DNA of 64,000 nt. It comes from Anaeramoeba ignava BMAN (lineage: Eukaryota; Protista; Anaeramoebae). The translations under genes and the position numbers were made by a program. The notes beneath the pieces were generated by a model. The model was not told the DNA's origin. It did not search any database and saw only the letters and a program-made list of their open reading frames with translations. Location of the stretch: the NCBI GenBank assembly GCA_028826165.1, contig JAPDFW010000070.1, positions 496,001 through 560,000 of the forward strand. The letters run 5' to 3'. How positions within the stretch are numbered: position 1 is the first letter of the stretch; every line of letters begins with the position of its first letter. Positions 11,485 through 23,274 of this stretch are shown piece after piece.

Positions 11485-14400
11485 TTATTTGTCATCAGGA
11501 AGAATTTCAATCTTAAGTGGATCAACCCAAATCTTCTCATCATTTGTGTAATAAAGATAAACTCTTGAAGAAGGACCAGTATAAATTCCAGGAACAGCAG
11601 CAATAACATCAACACTAAATTTGATAATTTCTTTAGGTTTCATAGCTCTCCAGTAAAAAACAAGTTCTCTTGCTCCAATCATTTCAAAAGAAGCAATAAT
11701 TCCTTTTTTAACAAGTTCTTTTAATTGGTCGTATCTGACCTCCAAACCACCAGGTAACCCAATAATAGCAACAGTCATTGGAATACCTTCATCTGTTTTG
11801 TTGGTCACAATCACTTCGACCTCTGTTGCTTCGCCTTGTTTGATTGTGTTCATCTTTGATTCCTTGTCATTTTCATTTTGTGAAATCAATTTTGTTGAAA
11901 GATCAACTTTGCAATTTGGATTTGAATTTGGTTTTGGAGTTGTAAGTGAAAATTGAATCACAAAAGGCATTGTGGATCCTTCAATCATCTTCAATTCGAT
12001 TGAGTTTTCTTTTCCTTTCTGTAAAAATGAAGAGAAATCAGGGAAAATCAATGCACCCTTTTGTTCAGGAACAATTCCCAAAGCATCAACCGATTCATCA
12101 TTAATAATCAACTCAACTGATCCTTCTTTTGAAGCTTTTGCCGAAAGTATATCGTATTTCATGATTGCTTTTAAAGCAAGAACAGTTGATTGAGTTGAAC
12201 CGAAATTTCCACCTTTGCAATTTGAGTTGATATATTGCATTGCGTATTCAATATTTTGTCCGAATTTCTCAGGGAAATTGAGCCAAGTAAGAACGCTCAA
12301 TGATGTTGTTTCCATGTTCAGATTGAAACCTGATGAGCGTGTGATTGATGTTTCGGCTTTTGTCAAATGACCCTTTTCTTTGATATCTTTCGAATCTTTA
12401 TCTTGAAGTGCTGTCAATTTTTCTGCAAATTCAAGTGATTGATCTTTGAAACCGAAATTGAACAAAATCAACGAAACCAAAGAAAGGAAATAAGAATCAT
12501 CTTTGAACTTGTCCTGACCTTGTTTGATTAAATTATCAACAATGGGTTTGAGTTCTTTATATTCAATTTTGGATTCGGATAAAGCCCAAGTAATATAAGC
12601 ATCTGTTGTGTGAGGAGGTGCTCCACCGAAATAATCAAGAGCTCGCGAGTTTCTCTCGAAAACCCCTTTTGATTTGTCGATTCTTGTCAAAACCCAACTT
12701 GTTGTTCTGTTGAGCATTTCTTGATCAACTGGGAAAACTTGTGACAAATCAGTGAATTCCATGATCCCCATTGCAGTTAAAGCTTCATGGCCTGGATCTC
12801 CTCCAAACCATTCATAACCTCCCTTTTTGCATTCGTAACCAATCAATCGTTTGTATCCTCTCTCAAGTTTCTCGTTTGATTCGGTGATGAAATTTGGATC
12901 AACTCCGGTATGTGTTTTGAAATATTGTTGTGCCATTGTTAAAGGATACACAGTCATTGAAGTCTGTTCGAAACAACCACAAGGTTCGCGAATAAATGAT
13001 TTGAGTGATTCTGTTAGATTGCCCATTGGTGATGGGAAAACACTGCAATATGTTGTGATACTTCCTTCAACAATATCATCAGGAATTCTGATTTTTTGAT
13101 TCACTGTTCCTTCTGGTATAAGCAATCCACTCACATCAAGCGACAACGGAAATCCAACAGGTTTCACCTCAATCTCTCTTGTAACTTGATCCTTTATTGC
13201 TGGGTTGTTTGTATCATTTCCGTTGATTTGGAGTTTTGCTGTTTCAAGTGTTTGACTAACTGTCATGTTGAAAAATTTCTTTGTTCTTTCTTCTGATTTC
13301 AGTGTTCCTTTCCATTCTGAATCTCCTTCGATTGCTAATGATTTGCTGAGTATCTCCGCTTTCAATGAGAGATCCATATCGTTTGGTAAAGAATTAACAA
13401 GAGCTACTGGGAGATTAATTTTATCTCCAAATGAAACTTCAAGTGGGAATTTTGGTTCTAAATAAAACGGTTCTTTTGAATCAATAACAAAACTCTCAGA
13501 AAATCCAAGTAAACCTTCTGAATTGAATCCATCAATAAAAACTCTGAATGAAGAAACAGAATCATTCAAATCAAATTGGATTGTTGTTTCAAAAATATCT
13601 TTTTCTTCAGTTATAGAATTAAAAGGTGAATAATAAAGAGTGTCAACAAAATCATTTCTTTCTCCAGGTTGTCTATTAGGTCTTCTTTGATGAGCAAATT
13701 CTCTTGCATATTGAACTTGAGGAGCTTGAATTGGAGCTCTAAATCAAAATCAAAAGCAATATCTCTTTTCCATTCTTTTTCTTGCCATTTTCTTTTTTGC
13801 CAATTGCTTTTTTGGTTTTGCCATTTCTTTTTTTTCTTTCATTACCATTTTCATTTCCATTGGCATTTGTTCTTTTTCTTCTTCCATTGGAATATCCATT
13901 GGCATATCCATTTCTTTTCCTTTTTCTTTTTCAACATCCATTGGAACTTCAACTGGCATTTCTTTTTCTTTTTCTTTTTCTTTTTTGTTTCTTCTTGAAT
14001 TTCTAGTTTTGGAATAATAGCCTCGTTTTGAATTGCTTTTTCTCTCATCATCATATTTCTTCGTCGTGGCATTTCTTTTGACTTCTTCTTCATTTTCATT
14101 CTGCTCATTCTTTCTCTTCTTCTTTCATTTTCTAATTCTCTTTCTCGAATTTTTGGATCACAATAAGCAACAAATAATTTTTCCAATTTTTGTTTATTTG
14201 GATTATTGACTAAATTCGTATCAATTTTAACAAATCTTCTCCAACCTTGAGTTCCCAATAAAAGATCCAATTCAGTGAATTTTTCCAATTTTTCTTGTTC
14301 TTCATTTTCATTTGATTCAACTTGATCTGGTGAAAGATAGACTTGACAATCTTCAAGATGATCGACTTCGTTTTCAAGGAAATACATTGCTGGCAATCTT

Positions 14401-16069
14401 GGAGGTCTTTCTCTTTTCTCAGTCATTTTAAACACACTATCATCAGTGACAGTAACTCCACAAACAGCTTCTATTGGTTTTCCTGATTTGGTTTTTGATT
14501 TGATTTTCAATGATACTGTGTCTCCTGGACAATATGTTTTTTTATCAGGTTCAACTTCGAATATGATTTCATCAACTGGATGAACAAATACTATTCTTTC
14601 AGCTATTGGTGTTAAATCTGTTTTCTTCCAAACTGTGATTCTAAGGATTCCATCGTTTTCTTTTGTTTCAAGTTCTATTTTTTGACTTGAGTTTTCTTCT
14701 TCAAATTTGATTTCTTTGTTTGATATTTCTTTTTCTCTTTTATAAACTCCAACTATATATTCTTCTTTTTGTGTTGATGAAATTGTGATTGAGATTTTTT
14801 CTTTGAATTCGAATGATTTTTTGTTTGATATTATTGAGACACCTTTTGATTTGATTTCTGGGAGTTTGATAGGAACAGTAACACCAGCTGGTTTTATTAT
14901 TTTGATTTCGTAACCAATTTCTTTTTGGGGAGTGAATTCGAATCTTCCTCTTCCTTCGTGGTTAGTTTTAACTAATTTTTTTAAATTAAATTGAATATTT
15001 TGAATTATTTTAAATTGAATTTTAATTTGAATATTTTGAATTAAATATTTTAAATTGAATATTTATTTTAAATTTTAATTAAATATTTTGAATTAAATAT
15101 TTTTATTTTAAATTTTAATTAAATATTTTGAATTAAATTGAATATACTTATAACATTTTTATTAACTCCATCCTCTTTCGAACAAACTAATATTCCTTCA
15201 AAATCAGCAGGACTTCCAGAAGGTGTAACAGCTTCAACATAAACACCACATTTCAAACCACAAACTAACTCACCACCTTCAGGATATAATTGAACATCCA
15301 TTTTCTTAAGAACAACAGGAAGAGTTTTCGAGGCATTTTCATTAACACCACCATCAGTAATTGAACAATTAAGATTACCAATACCTTCTTTAATTTCCAG
15401 AGGCAATTTAAAAGAAATAATACACTTTCCATTTTTATCAAGAACATAATCGCCTCTATAAACTTCTTCATTATCCAATCTAGCAATAGCGGTTACATTG
15501 GCACCTTCAGGAAAACCGCCTTCAGCTCTTTCAACGGATAAACTAGCCTTGACTTCATCACCAGCACCATAAGCTTTTTGGATAAATTCGAGATCTGACT
15601 TCAATCTTGGGGGTCTAAAAACACGAACAGTAAATTTTCTTTCTGATAAAGGGGTACCTTTTCCATATTCATGAAAAATTTGCATTTTATATTCTCCCCC
15701 AACTGAATCTTCTGGTATTTTCCATGAAACTGAATAAACACTTTTTTGCGGTCTTGAAATTACTTGTTCTAATATTGAATCCCCCTTTGGACTCAATATC
15801 TTCATTTTTGGATTCCCTTCTAACTCATTTAAATCTCCAAGTGGTTTGTGATTAAATGCTTCTAATATTACCCCCCGAAAATATACTGTTTCTCCTGGTT
15901 TGTAAGTTACTTTGTCTGTTGAAATGTGTAATGAATATCGCGCACTTTGAAAGTAATCTTGTTCTAATCGATCTTTTTCTGTTATTTTTTTTGGTTGAAG
16001 TGGTTTTTTAGGTTTTGTTTGTTCTTTTTCATCTTTTTCTGCTTCTTGTTTTGTTGGTTTTTGACCCAT
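11485..16069 (-). CDS. Alpha-2-macroglobulin family thioester protein, bacterial-like architecture
   Basis: MG-domain motif STDKVTYKPGETVYFRG; VQLYPEGGELV; LDLLLGTQGWRRF; thioester motif EPCGCFEQTS; GGNFGSTQSTVLALKA; receptor-binding-like C-terminus SRVYLYY. Intron 14972-15147. Frame disruptions at ~13980 and 13744-13752. Confidence 0.9.
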
Positions 16070-16199
16070 TTTAATTTAAATTTAATTTAAAAAAAATGAA
16101 AAATAAAAAAATAAAAAAAATGAAAATAAAAAAAATAAAAACAACAAAGTTCTGACTTTAAAGATTTTATTAATTTTTTTTTTGCTTTTTTTTTTGTTT

Positions 16200-18180
16200 T
16201 TAATAATTAAATTAAATTCCACTTTTTTTAATTAACTAAATATAAATAATTTTAACTATTTTTATTATTAAATCAATTCTATTCTTTTTTAATTTATTAA
16301 ATATAAATAAATTATTAAATTAATTCCACTTTTTTTTAATTTATTAATTATATTTTAATTATTTAATCAATTCCACTTTTTAAATTTATTAATTATATTT
16401 TAATTATTTAATCAATTCTATTTTATTTTAATTTATTAATTATATTTTTATTATTTAATTAATTCCACTTTTTTTTAATTTATTAATTATATTTTAATTA
16501 TTAAATCAATTCCACTTTTTTTTAATTTATTAATTATATTTTAATTATTTAATTAATTCCACTTTTTTTTAATTTATTAATTATATTTTAATTATTAAAT
16601 CAATTCCACTTTTTAAATTTAATATTTTAATTATTTAATCAATTCCACTTTTTTTAATTATTCCACTTTTATTTTATTTTATTAATTATTTTTAATTATT
16701 TAATCAATTCCACTTTTTTTAATTTATTAATTATATTTTAATTATTAAATCAATTCTATTCTTTTTAATTTATTAATTATATTTTAATTATTAAATCAAT
16801 TCCACTTTTATTTTATTAATTATATTTTTATTATTAAATCAATTTCATTTTAATTAATTAATTATATTTTTATTATTAAATCAATTCTATTCTTTTTTAA
16901 TTTAATTATATTTTAATTATTTAATCAATTCCATTTTATTTTTAATTTATTAATTATATTTTTAATTATTAAATCAATTCTACTTTTTTTAATTTATTAA
17001 TTATATTTTAATTATTTAATCAATTCTACTTTTTAAATTTATTAATTATATTTTAATTATTTAATCAATTCTACTTTTTTTAATTTATTAATTATATTTT
17101 AATTATTTAATCAATTTCACTTTTTATTTTAATTTTATATTTTAATTATTATTTCAATTACTTTTTAATTAATTAATTACTTTTTAATTATTAAATCAAT
17201 TACTTTTTATTTTTAATTATTTTATTATTAAATATTCTATTTTTAAATTAATTAATTAATTATATTTTAATTATTTAATTAATTCCACTTTTTAATTTAT
17301 TAATTATATTTTAATTATTAAATCAATTCCACTTTTTAATTTATTAATTATATTTTAATTATTTAATCAATTCCACTTTTTTAATTTATTAATTATATTT
17401 TAATTATTTAATCAATTCTACTTTTTAAATTTAATTATATTTTAATTTATTAATTATATTTTTATTATTAAATCTATTCCACTTTTTAATTTATTAAATT
17501 ATTTTAATCAATTCCACTTTTTAATTTATTAATTATATTTTAATTATTAAATCAATTCTACTTTTTAATTTATTAATTATATTTTAATTATTAAATCAAT
17601 TCCACTTTTTAATTTATTAATTATATTTTAATTATTTAATTAATTCCACTTTTTAATTTATTAATTAAATTTTAATTATTAAATCAATTCCACTTTTTTT
17701 AATTTATTAATTATATTTTAATTATTTAATCAATTCCAATTTATTTTTAATTTATTAATTATATTTTAATTATTTAAATCAATTCCACTTTTTTAAATTT
17801 ATTAATTATATTTTAATTATTTAATTAATTCTACTTTTTAATTTATTAATTATATTTTAATTATTTAATCAATTCCACTTTTTTTAATTTATTAATTAAA
17901 TTTTTATTATTAAATCAATTCTATTCTTTTTAATTTATTAATTATATTTTAATTATTAAATCAATTCCACTTTTTTTTTAATTAATTAATTATATTTTAA
18001 TTATTTAATCAATTCCATTTTATTTTATTAATTATATTTTTATTAATTAATTAATTAAATTTTAATTATTTAATCAATTCCACTTTTTAAGTTTAATTAT
18101 ATTTTTATTATTAAATCAATTCCACTTTTTAAATTTAATTATATTTTTATTATTTAAATCAATTCTATTCTTTTTTAATT
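16200..18180. repeat. Intergenic ~46-47-bp tandem satellite (~40 copies) with core AATCAATTCCACTTTT
   Basis: The TTCCAC marker recurs at about 16324, 16371, 16462, 16510, 16557, 16604 and onward. Confidence 0.92.
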
Positions 18181-18786
18181 TAATATTTTAAAAATAAAAT
18201 TCTTTTTTCTTTTTTTTTTTCCATTTTTTTAATCTTAATCCTTTTTTCTTTTTTTCTCTCATTCTTTTCTCAACCTCTCCCATTAATTAATTATCTATTT
18301 ACTTTTCTCAAAAAAAATCATTTATTAATTTATATAATCCCTTTTGATTTTTTTATTGAAAAATTCGTTTTTTTAAAAATTTCGATCCAAAAAAACAAAT
18401 TTAAAAGCGAAATTTAAGTTGAGAAAAATTTCAAAGAAGAGATCACTTCTTTTAATCTGATCAAAAATAACCCTAAAATATAACTTATTCAATTTCCACT
18501 TTATTTGACTAAAGATCAAAAAGGAGAATTTTTTTTCCACTTTCAACAATAAGAAAAGGGGAAATTTTAACTTGAAAAATAAACTCAGAAAATGAAAATA
18601 AAATTTAATAATAACATAACTCACTTTTGTTAATAATTCTTTTAATTTAATTTCATTGATCTATCCTCTCTTTCTTTTACTTTTAAAAATAAAAGCAAAA
18701 AAATTTAAAAAAAGAAAAAGTTTTTTTATTTTTAATTTTTTTTTTTTTAATTAAAAAAATTTTTTTTTTTTATTAACGCAGAGTGT

Positions 18787-18822
18787 CGGTTATTTTTTTT
18801 TTTCTAACCGTTCGATTTCATT
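18787..18822 (+). promoter_or_regulatory. Inverted pair of Myb-type sites (CGGTTA / TAACCGTT) plus TCATTTT initiator-like element upstream of the MYB gene
   Basis: CGGTTA at 18787-18792, TAACCGTT at 18805-18812, TTCATTTTT from ~18817, ATG at 18839. Confidence 0.5.
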
Positions 18823-18838
18823 TTTACTTTGCTAAAAT

Positions 18839-21278
18839 ATGAGTAAAAAGTAAGTTAAATTTTTTTAATGAATTGATTTCTTGAAAATTAAATGATTTGG
18901 TTGTTATTTTGTTTTTTTTTTTAATTTGTTTTTTTTTTTAACTCACAAATAATCTTTTTCTTTTTCTTTTTCTTTTTTTAAATAATAAATAAATAAATAA
19001 AAAGAACTCAAGAAAAATTAGCTGAAATTTCAATAAATTTAGCTCAAGTTAAAAGAACAAAAAAAACTATTTGGACTCCTGAAGAGGTAAATAAAAATAA
19101 AATTAAAATTAAAATAAAATTAAAATTAAAATTAAAATAAAAATAAATTAAAATTAATTAAAATTCAATAGGATCGAATTCTTGCCAGTGAAATTAGAAA
19201 TAATGCAAATAGAAGTTGGGAAGAAATTTCTAAAAAACTTAAAAACAAAACAGGTACTCAATGCCTTCACAGATGGACAAAAGTAATTTTATATTCCAAA
19301 ATTGAAATTAATTAAACTAAAATAATTTTAATAATTTTAATAATTTTAATAATTTTAATTTTAATTTTAATTTTTAATTTATAAAAGGTTCTTGATCCAT
19401 CATTAAAAAAAGGTGCTTGGTCAACAGAAGTAAATAAATTCCATTTGAAAGTTTTTTTTTTTTAATTAAAAAAATTTTTTTTTTAATTAATTTTTATTTA
19501 AAAATAAAAATAGGAAGATAATTTATTAATTGGATTAGTTGAAAAATATGGAAATTCAAATTGGGCAAAAATTTCTGAATTTATTACAGGAAGAACAAGT
19601 AAACAATGTCGAGAAAGGTAAAAACAATTCAAAAATAAAAATAATTTTTTGTTCCACTTTTTTAAATTAAAAATTTAAATTAAAAAAATTTTTTTTTTTT
19701 TGCAAAAGATGGAGAAATCATCTTGATCCCTCAATTAATCACAGCAAATGGACAGATGAAGAAGACGACAAACTTATCAGACTTCATCAAAAATATGGAA
19801 ATCGATGGGCAACAATTGCAAAATACATTGAAGGAAGACCAGATAATATGATTAAAAACCATTGGAATTCAACTTTGAAAAGAAAATTAAAGCAAATTGC
19901 AAAAAACAAGAAAGCAAACACTCAAACAACAAACAACCAAATAAAAAAAAGAAAAGCAAAATCAACAACGAAAAAAAAAACGGAAAAAGTGGATCAAGAA
20001 CCAAATTCTCAACCGCCGATTCTTAAAGCAGGAACTTCTTTGGTATCTTATTCTGACTCAAAAATTCAAACTCGCAATTCAAGACGAAAATTAGCTTTGG
20101 ATGAAGAAATTGAGAATGAAAAGATTAAAAACGAAAAGAAAAGAACAAAAACAAGAACAAAAAACACAACAAATAAAACTAAGCCTACAAATCCTCAATC
20201 AAAAACAATTCAAAATCCATCACAAAAAGAGGCTCAATTGAAAAAAACAAAAACAACAACGAATACAAATGAAAAAACAACAAAACCAACAACAAGATCC
20301 AAAACAAAAGCAAAACCCAAACCAAAAGCGAAATCAAAAACAAATTCAAAAACAAATTCAAAAACAAAATCAAAAACAAAATCCAATCCAAAAACAAAAT
20401 CAAAAGCAAAACCAAAAGCAAAACCAAAACCAAAAGCAAAAGCAAAAGCAAAAAGCAAAGCTAAACCAAAAGCAAAAAAACAAACAAGACAAAATAAACA
20501 AGATCAATTAGATAGTGAAACAGAAATTTTTGGTGTCATTTCAACAACAAAAAATCCAAATGAACCAGAAAAACAAAAACAAATTCAAGATCCAGAGGAA
20601 ACCAATCTGTTGAACAATTTGCTTCGCTCTCCAAGTGTTTTCAGTAGTCCTTTTCTTCCCGATGGCTTTTCACCACGAACACTACTTTCACCTTATTCTC
20701 AAAAATCACCTTTTTTCACTGGATTCACACCAAATATATCAAAAGACTCAACCAATATATTCAGTAATTTAAAATTCAATCCAAATTCCCAAGAAGAAAT
20801 CAATGAGAAGCCTGACGACAACCAAATTTTCCTAGCCACTCCCAAATCAAACGGATCTATTTATAAAACTAATTTTATTGATTCACAAAAATCAAAAAAT
20901 CAAAATCCAAATATTGAAAATATAAATATAAATACAAACGTTGATAAAATAATTCAAGAACAAATGGCAAAAAGTCCCAATATATCTTCAAAAACAGATG
21001 AAAATATGGTTGTTGAGCAAAGTCCTACTAAATTTGATTCTCAACAAACAACAAAACCTGTTGTTTTATCAAGAAGAAAACAATTCAAAGAAATTAATTC
21101 CAAAATTTCTGTTTCTTTTTCTCCTGTTTTCCCTTCAACTCCAATTAATTCTGCTCTTAGAAATGATCCTCATATTTTCTCTTCTGGTTCTTTCCCATTT
21201 TTTAATTCTCCTCAAACTCCAAATTCTCCTCTTTTTGATTTTCAACAAAAATTTGATTCTGATCATTGGCTTTTTTAA
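18839..21278 (+). CDS. Three-repeat (R1R2R3) MYB transcription factor, 6 exons
   Basis: Introns 18850-19004, 19087-19171, 19283-19387, 19430-19513 and 19618-19708. Spliced: [86 protein letters not shown]. S/T-P rich C-terminus. Confidence 0.95.
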
Positions 21279-21441
21279 ACAAAAATTTATTTGCTTTTTT
21301 TCTTTTTTTAAATTTTCTTTCATCAAAAAAAAAATTTTTTTTTTCTTCTTCTTTTTCTTTTTCTTCTTTTTCTTCTTCTTTTTTTTATGTAATTAAAAAA
21401 AAAAATATTAATTTCCTCTTTTTAATTCTTTCTTTAAAAAA

Positions 21442-23154
21442 TTAATCAACATCTCCAATTTCATTTTCAATTTCATTTTCTTCTTTTTGTTTTTCAACTT
21501 CTTTTTCAATTTCTTCAAGATTCCAATTAATTTCTGATTTTTTTATTTGAATTTTTTGTAATTCTTGAGAAATATTTTGAAATAATTGATTTGAACTAAA
21601 AAGATAAAATAATAATAAATTAATTTTAATTTAAATTTAATTTAAATTTTAATTTTAATTTTACCTTGATTTTTGAAACCAAACACAAAAATCATCAATA
21701 TAAATTTTACTTAAATGCCATTTTAATTCATGATGATCAAAAATATCTTTTATTTTTAATAAACATTTTAAAACTTGTGTTTTTCCTTGAGAAAAAATAA
21801 TTTTTGTATCTTCAAGAATTTTCATTGAAAGATTCCAATTTCTATATAAAGGATAAACAAGAGAACGACGAATACAACTAATAAATGATTCTTTTATTGA
21901 AGAATAAGTCTAAATTTAATAAGAGATTGAATTTAAAATTTGCAAAAAAGAAGAAATATTATTTTCAAAAAATGATCTTTTTTCTTTTTTCTTTTTTCTT
22001 TTTTACATCAAACCAAGATAATGTTCCACTTAATTTAGTTATATTCCATGCTGATTCTACAGTAGGTTCTCCTAAATTTGTTCTGTTATCATAAGAAAAT
22101 GCGAAAATAATTTCTATTAATGAATATAATATTTCTTTTGGATTTGAAATTAAATCTATTTTGATTTTGATTTTGATTTTGATTTTATTTTTGAATAAAA
22201 ATGAATTTTCCAAATTTTGTTTTTGCCAAAGTTAAATTGAATAAAATGAGAATAATACATTCTTTATTTGGAAGATTTGTCATAATTTTCTTTTCATTTG
22301 TTGAAAATCTGATTTTAAATTGAGAATTTTTATTTTTGGATTTTTTCTGTTTATTTTGAATTCTAATCCAAAAAGGTCGAAATTCAAAAACATGAGAAAA
22401 TTCAAATGATAAAGCATAATCAGCCATATAATGTTCTAAATTAAAATCTTGATTTTCTTTTTCGATTCGATTTTTTTTTCTTTGGGAATAAGATGTAAAA
22501 TCTGGATTTTTAAAATCGATAATTTCCAAAATATCTTCTTGTAAATATTTAAAGACATCAAAATAAAGATTATTAAAACCATAAAAGAATTGGTTTTTGA
22601 GGGAATCGATTAGATTTAGATTTTGATTTTTGATTTTGATTTTGATTTTGATTTTGATTTAAATTCAAATTTTCAATTCCTTTTTCAATTTCATTTAAAT
22701 TGTCTTCTCGATTTTGAATTTCATGACCAACTCTTGGAAGATTTTCATAAATTTCTTCAATAGCTTCATTAAAAAATTGATCATCATTATCATCATTATC
22801 ATCTTCATAATTTTTTTTAGAATCTAAAACTTCAATTGTTTTATCTTTTATTTTTGAAGGAGTTAAAATACTTGTTAACATTTCTAAATTTTCAAAAAAT
22901 TCTCCTTTGATTTTTTTAGGGATTTTAAAAGAAATTTCATTTTGTTCAATATTATAATTAAATTTAACATCTCTTTCATTTTCATCATCTAATTCATGTG
23001 GAAAAGTTAAACGTAAAAAATAAGGTTTTGAATAGAATTTAAATTCTTTTCCAAGAATATAATAATCAATATCATCAAATTTTGAATATGGGATTTTAAT
23101 ATTAATAATTATAAAATTATCTTCTTGTTCTACATTAAATTTTGGGATAATCAT
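21442..23154 (-). CDS. SHQ1: SHQ1, H/ACA RNP assembly factor
   Basis: N-terminal CS domain MIIPKF..PYFLRLTFP; YGFN; HYMADY; YDNRTNLGEPTVESAWNITKLS; RRSLVYPLYRNW. Introns 22156-22258, 21910-22006 and 21596-21664. One frameshift in the NQ repeat at ~22630. Confidence 0.92.
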
Positions 23155-23274
23155 TTTAATTTTTTTTATTAAATTTTTATTTAAGAAAAATGAAAAATGA
23201 AAAATGAAAAATGAAAAATTAAATTTGAAAGAAAAAAATTTTTTTGAAGAAGAAAATTTCCTTTTCTTTCGAAT

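Noticed and set aside
13744-13752. TGA reassignment or alternative genetic code
   Set aside because: TGA terminates several intact genes (e.g. 8568, 50959, 2543) and conserved Trp positions use TGG. The in-frame TGAs are local to one disrupted segment.
16200-18180. CRISPR-like array
   Set aside because: There are no unique spacers and no cas genes; the units are contiguous degenerate AT repeats.
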